61,949 nt of DNA, filler included, from 9 parts of 9 records of this genome joined end to end with filler, not necessarily neighbours in it; one strand, 5' to 3'; counted from the first letter of the whole stretch, positions 22,694 through 39,951 are shown. Notes: generated from the sequence alone by a model not told the origin. Numbers and translations: made by a program.

Positions 22694-23411
22694 CGCTCAA
22701 AAGCACTGCAGCCAGCCAGCCAGCCAGCCAGCCACAGGCAAAAAAAGTCAACAGGTTGGAAATCCACTGAGGGATGGAACGAAGAATTAAGACAGCACCC
22801 CACAAATAAATAAATGATGAAGGAGAATGCTGGACCGCACACACACCTGAAATCACAACCGGAACAACCAATCAAGCCGGGACGAAACCAGGAGCCAAAG
22901 ACAGCCGGATCCAGCGACCCTTGCGCGTCGTCGAAAGGAGTGAGTTGGTCGCACTCGAGCGCAGCAGTGAGCTGGACAGCAGCAAGAAGAAAGAGAGAAG
23001 AAAGAAGCAAAAACAAACAGCAGTTGCAACGTTGCAACCCCCTTTGCGAACGGTTCTTGTTGCTGCTGCTGCTGGTGCTGCGAAAGAAACGCAGCAGCTC
23101 ATAATACGCCTACTAACATCCCTTTCTAAGTGCTATCTCACGCCTACTGCGTGTTGACAAATTCCTTTTTACAGTGTTTCTGTCACGTATTATACGCCAA
23201 CCGCCGATGGTGGCGTTCACCGGTAAATAAATTAGCTGATAGATACCGGTTATTTAGCCAGAGAAGAAGAAATTCTCGTGGTTGAATTTCGGAGTCGAAT
23301 CAACTTATTGCACATTCCTTTAGCGACATGATTGTGAGTTCGTTAACGTATTGTCCTCTAAAGTGCCAACGGCCGCGCTGTCGGTGGGCTGGAGCTGAGT
23401 GGCAGTTGGGC

Positions 23412-23477
23412 ACTCACTGCACTCACTCTCACACTCACTCGCACTCGCACTCACACTCACTCTCACTCACACTCACT
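23412..23477. repeat. Degenerate (CACT/CACTCG/CA) microsatellite at contig end; similar simple repeats end most eukaryotic contigs (A-run, CA, CAG, CAGGAA, TTG, C-run, GGCA)
   Basis: Directly visible low-complexity tracts next to the N spacers. Confidence 0.8.
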
Positions 23478-23577
23478 NNNNNNNNNNNNNNNNNNNNNNN
23501 NNNNNNNNNNNNNNNNNNNNNTTAATTAATTAANNNNNNNNNNNNNNNNNNNNNNNNNNNNNNNNNNNNNNNNNNNN

Positions 23578-26852
<3,275 letters not shown>

Positions 26853-27035
26853 ACGTGCTCCGAAATCCATTGCGTCGGGCGTGGCGCAAAGCGCAACTGG
26901 TTTAATCCATAAAAAGACACTTTCCGTTCACGAATTGATGTGTTTTTTTTCTAAAACCGTAGTTTTATGCCACATGCTTTTTGCAACAGGAGGCGGCCAC
27001 GGCCAGTGCTAATAGATGTGATGCATGTCCATGCC

Positions 27036-28684
27036 TTACTCGTTTACATCGCCATTCAGAGCATCCAGCATGCAGTCCAAACCTTGGTCTAGGATTTCCC
27101 GACGAGTGGCAAAGTTCAGCCGAACCGCCTGCGCGTCTCCGAACGCCGTGCCGTCAGTCAAAGCGACCCCGCTTGCAAGGAACTTCTGGAAAGGTTGTCT
27201 TCACACATACATACAAGGTCAACAACGTAGCACTGAGAACCGCGAGCCAATGGTGAGAAGCTCTTTTGGTCGTACACAATACAATGCAGATAAAGCAGGC
27301 CCCAAAATGCCTACCGATCAACGATGGCTTTCGAGCAATCCATCCATGTCAGATATGATGCCTCGGGCCGTGTCATGCTTAAGCACCGACCTCCTGACAA
27401 TGGTTGCTCTAACAAACGCGTTTCAACGTGGTCGCGGTTGGCTTTCAAATAGGCCAATAGCCGCTGCCGCCACTCTTCAACTTCGCCAGTCGTGTCTGCG
27501 TAGCAGGCCATTGCCGCGGCGAAACCAAAGGGTGGAATCTCAGCCTTGTCAGCGCCTGCTTTGGTAAATCGGCGCCGTGCAGCGACATCAGGAATGACCG
27601 CCAGCGCTAGGTCCAGGGCTGCAACATTGAACGCTTTGGACGGGGAAGCCAACACGACCAACCCGGCCTCTGCAAGCCGCCATCCAACTTCATCTGCTGC
27701 AAGCATGGCTGCCGCACCGGTGAAAGGAGTGGCATCCTCATCTAGGATCACGTCAGCCCAAACCTCATCCGAGAGCAACGCTACATCGTTGTCGGCGCAG
27801 AGTTGGGCCACGGCGCGCATTTCGTCGCGAGTCCACACGCGCCCGGTAGGATTGTGTGGATTACACCAAAGTAGAACGCGTACATCCTCGCGGGCCAAAG
27901 CCGCTGCTAGCGCGTCCTCGTCGATCTCGTAGTGCAAGATGGATCCACCGCCTTGCTTCGCTTCCAGTACACGCGAACGCAAAGGAACTTCTACAGTTGC
28001 CGCTGACTGATTGATGGGTGCAGTCAAAAAAGGGGCGTAAATGGGAGTGGCAACGGCCACACCAAGCGGAGCGCCACTGCGGTAAGCATCAGTTGCGTGC
28101 CACGCCGGGTCAGCTTGTGCCGCCTTCACAATGTGGTTCAACCCCTGGTCACAAAGGACAAAAGTGAGTTGAACAGAAGAGTCAGGTTCCATGGATGTCT
28201 TAGGATCAACGTGTAAGAGTGCAATAGGCTCACAAAATCATGAACTTGTAGGCAAGTCAATCAAAACAATCAATTTAGCACAAACCGGCAACAACCCGGG
28301 TATCCATCGAATCATTCGTTCCATATCATTGGCTGAAACTGCGCCGGCGCTCCGCGTAGTGTTGCAGTCGTGCCTGCTAGTGCCGTGCTCCTCGTTGTTG
28401 TCAAACGCGAGTGTGTCAAATCCGTATCTCTGCCGCAGCCGACCCACAGTTGCTGCTGCGAGGCCAGGATCTGGGCCAGCGTAGCCGTAGATGCCGTGTT
28501 CGGCGGTCGCCTTCATGGCCTCAATCACTGGCCTCGGGCAGCGGAAGTCCATATCTGCGACCCACAGCGGCACTGCATCGCCGAAATGGCGCCACTGTCG
28601 GTGCACAAAACAAACAAGTTTGAGCCAGGCGCACATGGACAAGGAATCGAAACAAAAAGCGGAACATTCTGCGTCATCCTCCAT
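27036..28684 (-). CDS. MalY/PatB-type PLP-dependent C-S lyase / class I-II aminotransferase (spliced)
   Basis: PLWVADMDF, HGIYGY, LWCNPHNPTGRVW, LSDEVWAD, SPSKAFNVAA (PLP Lys), PEASYLTWMD, final exon VRLNFAT. Start is uncertain. Confidence 0.85.
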
Positions 28685-28865
28685 TGTGCAACGTCGAGGT
28701 CAACCAGTGCACTCCAGCAGGAGCAGCAGCAGCAGCAGCAACAGGAACAGGAACAGGAACAGGAANNNNNNNNNNNNNNNNNNNNNNNNNNNNNNNNNNN
28801 NNNNNNNNNTTAATTAATTAANNNNNNNNNNNNNNNNNNNNNNNNNNNNNNNNNNNNNNNNNNNN

Positions 28866-28878
28866 GCTCTTCCGATCT
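28866..28878 (+). other. Illumina adapter remnant (GCTCTTCCGATCT)
   Basis: Exact reverse complement of AGATCGGAAGAGC at the contig start. Confidence 0.9.
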
Positions 28879-31800
28879 GTGGCGGAGGAGGCAGAGAGCG
28901 GCAACTGGGCTGCCGTTCGTGACGCCCTTACGAAGCGCCCCGAGATCGTGAACCAGCTGTTCGAAGGCTACACGCCCACTCACCGTGCGGCGAAAGCCAA
29001 TGCTGCGGAGTACTTCCGCTGGTTGTCCGGCAACAAGAACGTGGAAGTCAACTGGCAAGTTGTCTCCCGAGACAACATGACCCCGTTTGAGCACACGCAC
29101 TGCAACCCGCGGCCACTGCACCTTGTGGAGGTCCTGGTGCAACGGCAGTGCAACGAGCACAAGGACGACCTTCCCCCGTGGATTGTGGACGAGTACGGCC
29201 CTGATGTCGTTCAACAGCTCCTCCAACTGCCCTTTTACAAGCTCGCCCAAATTTTTCAGCACGAGCCAGAAAGCATGGAGCAGAAAAAACTCCTTCAAAT
29301 TGCAACCATTCACGGTTACAAACACCAGAGTGGCCGAGGAAACACGTTGGCCCGCAGCGCAGCTGCCAAGAGGGAAGCCGTTAAGAGCAAACTGGCTGCT
29401 GCAGCAGACGAGCGCAAGCTAATTGACTTTTTCATGAAGCCCACTCAGCTTGTGCTTCTCACAGAGAAGGTTTCCCACCCGCTGGAACCCGGAAGACAGC
29501 GCGCAGCAGTGAACGCTCTGCAAGCTCACCGTGGTGACGAAAGTCTTGCAACGGTGCGAGTTGATGGCTCCAAGTCCTCCCAGCAAATCGGCGCATCGCG
29601 AGAAACGGATGGTACCCACGTTGATAAACACAGTCCGCCCGTTGTGCCTGGCCGAAAAGATGCCGGATCCGCCACGTCCCCTCGCACAAATGCTGCTTTG
29701 GTGCGCGCTGCAGAATCCGCTCTGGCGGGTAGTCCATCATCCGAGCGAGGGAGCCAATTACTGGACGACATTGCTGCGGACGTTCCGAAAACGCCACTTC
29801 GGCAGCTGCAGGCCAAACTGCGTGACTACGACGCAGCGTTGCGGGCCGAAACAGAAAGACAGCAATCGCTGTGGGAGCGTGCAACTGCTGAGTCAGAGGA
29901 GGCGCCAGCGCAATGGGAGCGAATGTCTGCAAACCTCGTCGCGTGGCGACGCGAGTACCTAGCGCCGCTGCTGGAGTCGCAGTTTTTGAACCGCCAAATG
30001 TGGCGTGAACAGGTGGGAGTGCACGGGAGTTGCCTTTCCGGCAGCACCAGTGTTTGGAACGTTTGCCCCTGTTTTTTTATTTTTCCCTTCTCGATTGCTG
30101 GTGGGTTGTTGCAGGTCATTAAAATGACATTTTGTGCAGGCCAAGTTCTCAGCAGCCGACTCCATACACTCAAAACCGTCGTTGAGACCGTCAACATGAT
30201 GTGCGACGCAATGGAAAAACGCCAAACTGTCGAAGAGCAGTTAAATTTCCCACTGCCGGTCCAGGACGACTTTTTTGAGGACGCTAGCACTTGCTTACAG
30301 GCAGACCCTGATTGGGTTGCGCTTGCGCAATTTGTGGAGGAGCTTGAAAAAAGGCTTCGCAGCATCGACGAACGTGTTGAACAGGTGCGCCTGCAATATG
30401 CTGGCCTGCGCTTGCCTGCATTCGATGCATTGTTGTTATTTGTGGTTGTGAATGTTGCATCCGCGTTGTTGTACGTTGCAGGTTTGCGCAGACATCGAAC
30501 CAATGGTCGGGCCAGCTTATGCAACGCACCTACGGGAGGCCGTCACCCAATTTTGGGACGCCCGCATGCGCCAACACCATGCGGCTGCTGATGCACCACG
30601 GCAAGCCAACAATGGTTCCTCTGTGGCTGGAGTCACGACTTGGGATGATTTTAGCAACGGCAACGATAGCAATGCCTCAACTCCTGAGAAAACGCAGCCC
30701 CACCCAGACAAGAGTACAAGTCTTGAAGGACCTGCACACAGTGTCCGCACTCGGAATGGCAGTAGCGGAGATTCCAGGACCCGCGACGATGCAGTGCGAC
30801 GTCTCGTGCGATCACTGCAGTCAAAGTCCGCCCAGCAACGGTTGCGTCGCAAGTCCTTTCTTGGTAGTGAGCTCTCGGAGCAACAGGCATCCGCGGCGGC
30901 TGACGTTCAGGCATCGTTGACAATGTGCAAAGCAGTCCTAATGGACAGCCGAACGCCCATCGGCTCATTGATCGCGCACTGGTTGACTACACTCACCCCA
31001 GAGCGTGTCCCTTCATCGGTACCCGCTTTCCTAAGTTTTTTGGAAAACGTCGTGCGCTTTGATTTTGATTTGGGCGGTGTGTCGGTTGCCCCTCGTGACT
31101 CCGACGATGACGACTCCGATGACGATAGTGATGGTAACCACGACGGATCTAACGAAATAGTCAGTCGCGAAGCTCAGGAAGCCAGCAGAGGTCGGCAAGA
31201 GCGGCGAAGACGAAAGCGAGAAGCTGCTTCACTTCCACTCGGGGCAATGCTGGCGGCTATGCTTTATTCAGAGAAGGCCGTCGCCATGCGTTGCAATGAA
31301 TACGCCGACGTTGTCGAAAAGGCACGAGACGGCGATGCAACATGGCAAAAGCAGTCTCTTTGGTTGCGTCTTGGAGATGTCGATACTGTCTGCGAGCTAC
31401 CGGAGCCATTGATGGCGTTAATTGATGTCGCAGACCAAACCTCGTCTCTCAACCTCACGTCCAGCGCTGCCTCACACTCCCACCATGATGCAGGACGAGT
31501 GGCAGGCCGTGCCAGACCGCAGCGCAAGTTCCGAGTCATTGACAAGATTTCCGCGGACGTTGCGCATCACTTGAAAACCTTCCACGATGCTGAAGTACCC
31601 TATGACAAGGTGGTAGCCGTCCTCGCCTTCACCAAAGACCTGCAGCAGAATTTGCTTTGGGCCATGCAGCAGGCAGAACAGCGCGCCGCTGAAGCAAGGA
31701 AGCGTCGTGAGCAGGCAAAGCAAGGTCCAACTGGCTCAGAGTCTTCTGACCAAGTAGCCGAGCCGGCTATAATTCACCTCGGAGCTGACGCTGTACTGCC

Positions 31801-34080
31801 GGCCACTATTTATGTTCTAGCATCGCTTTGCCAACACCTGACACATCCTCACCGAGCTGTCATGATTGCCCAAGCTTTGGGAGTTCAGTCTGATCCAACC
31901 AACGCAGTGTCACCAGGTGGCTCTGCGGGGGGCAGTTCTGGCGCTGGAAACTTCGGTGAAGCAGCCTACTACCTGTGCAGCTTTGAGGTTGCACTGGCCC
32001 ACTTGAACGGCATTCCTTGCCCACCGGAGTACGGCGCTGTATTTGACAGTGACCCCAAAGAAGCCAGTTCGACCGACTCCAGCAGGAACAGCAAAACATC
32101 TTCATCGTCGCAGCTGAAAGTGGATGTCATAGTTCCCAGCATCGAAGGAGCACCGCGACGCCATCTGCGTCTGCCTTGCCATCGCAACTCAATTCATTAT
32201 GTCGAAAATGGAGGTGATGCCGCGTAAGTATAGGTCATGACTATCTTGGACCTGCGTACTTTTTCCATGCAAGTACTTGCGCATGCGTGCGACTTTCTAA
32301 GCTGACGTTCGTCGCACACTTTCTTTTCGACGCCGCCCACAGGTTTGGAGAAGTCGAAGAGGAACGCAAAAACTCTGGAGTTCTTGGATGGTTTCAGAAG
32401 CTCGACAAGAATGCCAAAGAAAAGGCTGCGCGTGATAGAGCCAAGAAAGCAAAAGAATTTGAAGCAAAATCAAAGCTTTCAACAACCCCATGGTGGCAAC
32501 GTATTGGCATCCAGCGTCCTCAGAATGACAGCTCAGGATCGACTTCTAGCCGTGGCGGTGCCCAGCCTGAAAATGCCTCACAGATCGCGCTTCGACAAGC
32601 CGATACTTCAGGTGCAGAAGTTGGGGCCAATGGTGTGCCCCGCCATACCAGTAGTGGTAGAAAAATTCAAGCAACATCAAGATCGGTGCCGAGTGGGCAG
32701 AGCGAGATCTTGCAATTGGCGACTCAACGAAGTGCGCAGAGGAAAGACGCTCGAGAGACAGGCGCTGCGTTTGTGGACGCAATGGCAGCACAGCGCGCAG
32801 CCCAGGACGACTCAGACCTAGCACTCGCGCTGAGACTGCAGGAAGAACTTAACCTCGAAGCAGAGCAGGAGCGCAGGGCTGCTGAGGACCGTGACCTCGC
32901 CCTTGCAATGCAAGTTCGAGACGAGCTCAATCGCGCTGAACATGATCGCCAGCATCGTCAGCAAGCCCCCACGGCATCCACGGCGTCGTCCTCGCCACTA
33001 CTGCCGCGACAACAAGCGAATGCCGTGCCTGCCTTGCCTTATGTTGATGATGTACATGGTCCCACTTCAGCACGGCGAGCAGCAGTTCGTAGCCCGCCCG
33101 TTGCTTCGATGCCTGCTGCTGCCCTTGAGGCTCAGCATGACCAATCATGGCAGCCCCCCCCGCCACCTGATGATGGGGCGCTTAGCCAGCCAACGCTTAC
33201 CTTAACAGCGGACCAGCAGGAGTTTTTGGACTCCTTGCCTCAGGACATTCGTGCTGAGCTGCTTGCAGACCCTGCTGCGCTTGCTGGAATGCTTAGAACT
33301 CCAGCACATGAAGAACAGCCTCGGTCTGAACTTGGCGACCGTCACGCCTCTGAAGGCGATTATGTTCTTGTCGACCCTCCACCGCCTTCAGACCACGGTG
33401 ATGGCACTGGCGTTCCTCCACCTTTAGTTTACCACAACGAAACTCGATTTAGGGCGCCAGAATTGAGAGAGGGCAACTTTGGTTCACAAACTCCACCGCC
33501 GTCTTACGAAGAGGCACGACGACAAAGTATGTCACTGACTCAATCTGATTCCACCGAACCGACGTTAGTGCATGCCGGCGACGAGCAAAATGTTGCCACT
33601 AACAAAAACGAACGCCAAGAGGCTGGCGATTCTGGGCATTCCGCATTGACAGAAGATCCCTTTCATTGCCACACCGGCGCTGTGGTCGAGTTGCCCCCGC
33701 AACTGTTTGCAGACCTTGACATCGACTGGAAAAGTGTTGCTGGTTTTTGCCTAACTCATTTCGGCGCTAGGGTACACATGGACGCAAACGCTGGAAAGCT
33801 CGCTATTCGCGGCGAACCGAAGACGGTGCTGGCCACGAAAAAGCACATTGACGGCATCCTCCAAAAGGCGTTTATGCACAATGCTCGTGCGACCATTGTC
33901 GGTGACTGTAGCAGCGTCACTGGAGAACCGACTCATTCCTCCTCGAACGACCCCTCGAGCACACAGTTGTTGCCGGACGCAATCCGGACCCACAGTGACG
34001 ACGACAGCGTCCAACTTGACGACATTGTCGGTAACAGCGGTGATGAAATTTCCCCGGACCAGGTTATGCTGCTGGAGTAG
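28879..34080 (+). CDS. Ankyrin-repeat + VPS9 (Rab5-family GEF) protein with C-terminal ubiquitin-binding motifs (multi-exon, 5' truncated)
   Basis: Ankyrin-like GNWAAVRDAL...GYTPTHRAA; VPS9 PYDKV...LGADAVLPATIYVL...GEAAYYLCSFEVALAHL; two DxxLALxLQ (MIU-like) motifs; EFLDSLPQDIRAELL (UBM-like); PPPSY. The join of the last ORF to the rest is inferred. Confidence 0.7.
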
Positions 34081-34507
34081 CGCGAGGGGGCCACGACTTG
34101 ACTTAAATAGTAAAAGATTCGGGTGTTTCAGGAGTGGAGACTCTTGTGGTGGTGACTCGGGAGACCATCGTGTCGCACCTCGTGTTCGCGAATGTTGTCC
34201 CAGCAGCACCTGTAGCGGCAGTGTGTGTTGGCTGTGTTTGTCCACGGCGCTGGTCCGCTTGCAGCACCGTGCAGAATGAATAAAAAGTACAACTCATGGC
34301 CGTCAANNNNNNNNNNNNNNNNNNNNNNNNNNNNNNNNNNNNNNNNNNNNTTAATTAATTAANNNNNNNNNNNNNNNNNNNNNNNNNNNNNNNNNNNNNN
34401 NNNNNNGGGGGGGGGGCTCCAACTCTTGGTGTTGTTGTTTTTTTCCTCCTTCCTCCTTCTTCTTCTCCTTCTTCTTCGTGGTGCGTTGAGGTTCTACTTC
34501 CACAAGA

Positions 34508-37334
34508 ATGACGCCGCTGGAAAGCGCCCGCCAGAGGGCCCGCGGGCGCAGCGCAAGTCTTCGCGTGAGAACGACCCCGGAATTCGGGCCACAGCGGCCA
34601 GCAGCTCCTGTGACACGCGAAGAATCGAACGCTGCGAGCGGCGCCCTGAAGGAGGCGGCTGGAAATAGCGAGCGAGCAACGGGTTCCTTCTCCTCGTCTT
34701 CCGCATCTGCTGCTTCCTCCACTGCCGCTGCTACCACCGCAGACATTGAGCGCGGCAACTTCACTCTGGGCTCAGTGGGAACCATGGCCGGCCGAGCCCC
34801 GTTTCAAATGCCGTCGCTGGACTTGTTAGAAGTCAACTGGCTCGCAGAGCTGCTGCTGCCTCAGATGAACCACCGCAAGCGAGTGATCTGTCGCTCCTTG
34901 GCCGAGATATCGCAGGACGCAGCCAACGCCAAAGAGTTGTTGGCGAAAACCCGGGCCTCCATTTCCAGCCACCGGAGCTCCCCTACTGCGGTGGGCTCGT
35001 CGTCGCCGCAACGGCGCGACGGTGGGTCCTCCGGGGGCGCCCTTCCGACTGGGGTTTTGGATAGAGCTATGGCCAGGCGCATGCGCCCGTATGCAGATGC
35101 GATTGCCTCAAAGCTAGACTTTGCTCACAAAGCACTCATGGCGAGCCTCGAAGGGTTCGCGATGGCCGAACGGAATTTGAAATTTGCTCAAGCGCTCGGC
35201 GAAATGGACCTTGATGAAGCGACAGAACTTGTGCAGGTTTGTTTGGTTTTGCTCGCGTGTGATGGGTGGACACGTGGCACTTTGCATTGCTTCCATTCCT
35301 GTATCGTGGATGGCATGCGCACGCGCTCCCCTGATCAATCGTTTGCCGTCCGTACCGCATGCTTTTTGGACCCCCATTGTCGACTGGCAAACTCAGCAAC
35401 AATCAGATCGACCAAGCGTTTCGTCTCGACCACCAACCGTTGTCAAAAGCGAACAGGCAAGACCCGACGCCACTAGTGGCGACACCGACGTGAAACGAAC
35501 CGCCAGCAACATTGTTGGTGGTGGTGAAGACATTTCCAGTGACCACGTGAGAAGAGAACGTATGACAAGCATTCCCTCGAATGGCACAGACGCTGTGGCC
35601 CGCAAACTGCGTCTGGGGAGCGAAGACACCACAACTGAAAGTGGAGATTCGACGGTTTCCAGCTCCGCCGTGAACATTGAGCGCAACGAGTCTTCACACG
35701 CAGCTAGCGACAGTCTCGGTACTTCTCAGAGCAGTATTGCTGGTGCGAGCACTGACAGAGGTGCTCAGATATCTCACACCCTCGCATCAGCTTCCAGACT
35801 TTCGCCGCCTGCCTCTGCGGACTCCAGCCAAACCCATAGTACTAACAGCAACACCAAGTCGGCATACGAGGCTTCCTCGCCCTTGCCTTCTTCCCCACGG
35901 CCTCGGCCACTTCCGTTCAGGGGTAAGTCGCGCGAGCAGCTCAACCGCGAGGTGATTAGACTGCTTCAAGAACCCACTGTCAAAGCCATCATCGTCCCTC
36001 GTCTTCAAGGATTCGTGAAACGGTTTGAGACGGCAGAAAAAATCTTTCAACGCCACGGTAGGTATTATATTTTGTTCAGCCTTATTTCGCTTTTTTGTCC
36101 TTCTTCTTTCCGGGCCTTCTCCAGCGGAAAGTATGCTGTGTGCGTGTCGCGTTGGGTCTGATTTTCTTGTGTTGCCGATCAAAATGGTTGTTGCTTCTCA
36201 GGGGCAGACGTCAAGTCCCTTCAAGAAGCGGTCAAGGCATTTATTGTTCTCGAACACAGCAAGTAAGTGCTGCGCAGGGTTCTGATTCACATGCGGCACT
36301 TTATCTGCCGGCGTCCCCCTTGTGTGGCCTGTTGTGCTGCCTGTCGAATTCGGTCCTGGCTGTGCTCACCTGCCTGCCTATTGCAGGTACTCGGAGCTTG
36401 TTGCCGTTCAGATTTTCAACCTGCAGTCAAAGAGCGGTTCTGGCGCAACTTCACGAGCACTGCCGCGTGTGGCCAGCGCAATTGATTTTGAGAATATTGT
36501 GTTGCACAAGCTCAAGAAACCATTGCCTACACACTTACGAAACGTGCTGGCCGACGAATGCGAGGTGCGTTGCGCTGCAATCTGCCACTTTCCAGGCCTT
36601 CACAACCCAAGCAACGACTGAAAGTGTTTGGTTTTGCGCTTGTCGATTCCCCTGTGCGCGTGTTCAATTTTTTTGTGAAGAACTTCCGCCGTACAGCACG
36701 GACAGTCAATAGCCTGTCGCAACAGGACCGCTTTGAGGAGTTGCGAGTCAAAGCAGATGTCCTCATGTTGTCCGAAGTTACCGCAGCTATTGACGAAACC
36801 GTCCCCGCCCTATTTGCCCTGCCGTCGCTCACCACTGCGCAGGACATGCTGGTTCAGCTGACTCATTGCTGCGAGCTATTGACCGCAGCGTTGACCACAG
36901 GTGTGCCGACCCGTTCTTCTGCGCCGGGAACCGACGAACTCTTGCCCCTATTCGCACATAGTCTTCTACTGGCCGAGGCTATTGCTGGAGATGTCCCCTG
37001 GTTGTCGGCGATAATGGAAATGCACAGCGCCAGCCAAATGCTGGGTCGCTCAGGCTATGTCTTTGCAGTTTGGTCAACCGCAGTGGCCCGCCTGACCGAG
37101 GTCGCTGCCAAACACGAAAGCGAAATTGTGGTGGCTCGTGGCAGCTCTATTTCACACGCAGTGCCCGGATCGAATTTGGAACCGGGTGCTTCAGGGCGAA
37201 CTGCTACCTCGCTCGCGTCGTCTGCACCGGCGACCGAAGAGCAAGAGCAGAGCGCACCAACTGAGCGCACCGTGGCAGCTGCTGCAAGCGTGGCGGTTAA
37301 CGACGCCACGGCAAACGCGGTTGCAGCCGATTAA
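34508..37334 (+). CDS. VPS9-domain protein (multi-exon)
   Basis: PGTDELLPLFAHSLL...MLGRSGYVFAVWSTAV resembles the VPS9 core; frames are joined by GT-AG introns (e.g. 36263-36386). Confidence 0.6.
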
Positions 37335-37366
37335 AACGTGGATGCAAACGAATAAATTATGTTTTA

Positions 37367-39797
37367 CTAAATGACAAGCATGTTGCTATGGCGCCTGGGC
37401 TGCGATTCGAGTTCCCTCAACTCGCCGGCCGCCGGCAAGGCTTCGTCCAAGCCATCGTCGTCCTCGCCCATGTCGTCGTCCAAAACGTCACTGTCATCGA
37501 AACCGTACTGGTCAATCTCTTGAATGGTTCGCAAACGCTGGGAAGGATCAAGCTCTGTACCCCAGCAGCAGGCGCGCTTGATTTCTGGCTCTAACATGAC
37601 TGCGCAGGAGAGAACGGCCAGTACCATCGGGAAGAGCCCCGCAACCCAGACGCTCTGCTGGGGGCAAGGCTGTTGATACGCATTGACGTGTGCAAAATAG
37701 CAACACAAAGTCGTGCAGGGCAGGGACAATGAAACAACATCAAAAACTGCCACACCATTTGGAAGCACATACTGAGCACGCAGCGCTTGACGGCGTGTTA
37801 ATCTGACTTACGTCCGAAGGGTTGCTGCACTCCGAGCCTGTGGCGCTCATGAGTGCGGTAGCGACGAGCGGCGTTGTGCCGCCGAATACTGCTTGCGCCA
37901 CATTGTAGGCAATGGCAACTGCCGTGTATCGGATCTCCGAACGGAAATGCTGGACAATGTACACTGGCATGGGTGCGCTGGACAGGGTCACGAGTGCCAG
38001 CAGGGTGCCTTGCACCACAATGGTGATTACAACCTGCAACAAAATTCCAGACGCGGTGCGCGCGCACGGTATGAGATTCGACAACGTGAAGAGTACGAAC
38101 GACGAAAAACACGCAGCACAGCTGCCCACCATCCCACAACGCAGTGGCGTTTGGGCACTGCCGCGGGCTTGGTGGGGTGGAGTCCAAGTGCAGGCGCACC
38201 GACACCGACCAGCATCAAGGCGCACCGACGGCTCCCACAACTCACCAGCTGGGCGTCGTGGCTGGTATCTTCTTCGCAGGGGGTGTAGTTGGAGGCGTCC
38301 CACGGTCCCGAGCGTTTGAGCAGCGTTTGATTGTATTCGGTAAGATTCGCGCACGGATCGTCACCAATGTCCCACATATCGAGCAGCAGCAGCGAAGGAA
38401 TGATCAAAACACCCACAGCCGCAGTGCCAGCGATGATATACCTGGGGCAGAACCCAATCAGAAAGCAACGAAAAATGTTGCGAAATGTAAGCCTGCCGTG
38501 AATTGAATATGGATTGGCAAGGTGCATAGCCGTGGTGGAAGCTCGCACTAACGGACCGGCGGCGGTGGCCCGTCGGGTCGATGCACTTTCCGAAGACGTG
38601 GAAGAGACAAACGTGGCCCAGCATGAGCACCGTGTTGATGGTGGATGCGTACGGGACGACGGGAAAGCGCATGGTGTCGATAAATGTGACAATCCAAATT
38701 GCGACAAAGTAAAAAGAGCAGGCGAAGTAGCCAAGGATAATGACGAGCTTCGTCAGCAGCCCGCAGTGTTCGCAAAACGCTACTCGGATAGGATTTTTCA
38801 CGCGCGCTGGGACAACGGGCGATTCGTGGATTCGATCGCGAAAGGCCACAGTGAAAACGCCGACCAGCAAGCCCATTGCAAACGGGATGCGCCAGCCCCA
38901 CTGCACGAGCGCCACCTCATCCAGCGACTCCTGCAAAACAGCCGCCACCAGCGACCCCAGTGCGGTGCCGAGGCTTGCACCGGCAAACGTGTACGCGCCT
39001 TTGAGCACTTCCTGGCCTTTGGGTGCAGTCTCGACTGCGTGCACAAAGGTACCGACAAGCTGCCCACCAATCGAAACCCCCTGCAGCAACCGCACGAGCG
39101 TCAGTAAGATTGGCGCAGCCACGCCAACTTGGTCGTAGCCTGGCAGGCACGCCATGGCAGTGGTGGAGCATGCCATCAGAACAATCGAGGCCAACAAAGC
39201 TCTCTTTCGCCCAATAGTGTCACCAATATGTCCGAAAATAAGCCCGCCGATGGGGCGCATGAAGAAGGCACCCGCAAACACGCTGAAAGTTGACATGGTC
39301 GCTGCCACTGGGTCCGTGGCGGGGAAGAACACTTCACTCAGCGTGGCCGTGAGGTACCCGAACACCGCAAAGTCAAACCACTCCAGCACGTTGCCCACGA
39401 ACGGGATTGTGGTGTTCAAGCACTGATCGCTGCAGCAACGATTGTCGCCTGATTCGGCACCACCACCGCCGCCGCCACCGCCACTCTCGTCCTCGCCTTT
39501 GGAAGTTTGCGCAGGGTCGTAGGTGGCATACCCGGACTCTTCTGCCCACCTCCGCTCCTGCTCCATCTCTTCTCTCCGCTTGCGCTCAAGCCGCTGCCTA
39601 TCGGCAGGGTTGATGATGGGCGCGGAATGATCAGCGGGACCAAACCGCTCGATTCTGTCGCTGCTGCTGCCGCTGCGCCCATGGGAGCGCTGCTGGCCGT
39701 CAGAAGCTGCTTCAGCTTCCTCTCCGTAGCTGTCGGGAGGGGAGTCCCGCCCGCTCCACCGCTCTGGGGACGAGGCGTACGTGCGGATGGGCTTCAT
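37367..39797 (-). CDS. MFS transporter, MHS (ProP/ShiA-like) family
   Basis: GNVLEWFDFAVFGY, FFMRPIGGLIFGHIGDTIGRKRAL, RLLQGVSIGG, WGWRIPF, RYTAVAIAYNVAQAVFGGTTP; spliced. Confidence 0.9.
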
Positions 39798-39951
39798 CTC
39801 CACAGCACGAGACGACGTCGTGGCCACGGTTACTGCGCGAGTCGGAGAACCNNNNNNNNNNNNNNNNNNNNNNNNNNNNNNNNNNNNNNNNNNNNTTAAT
39901 TAATTAANNNNNNNNNNNNNNNNNNNNNNNNNNNNNNNNNNNNNNNNNNNN

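Noticed and set aside
28719-28765. CAG and CAGGAA repeats as a CRISPR array or telomere
   Set aside because: These are simple microsatellites with no spacers; different contig ends carry different motifs.
28866-28878. GCTCTTCCGATCT as part of the ankyrin gene
   Set aside because: It is an Illumina adapter remnant.
28879-37334. Two adjacent VPS9 genes as a gene cluster
   Set aside because: They are on different contigs, so the adjacency comes from concatenation.
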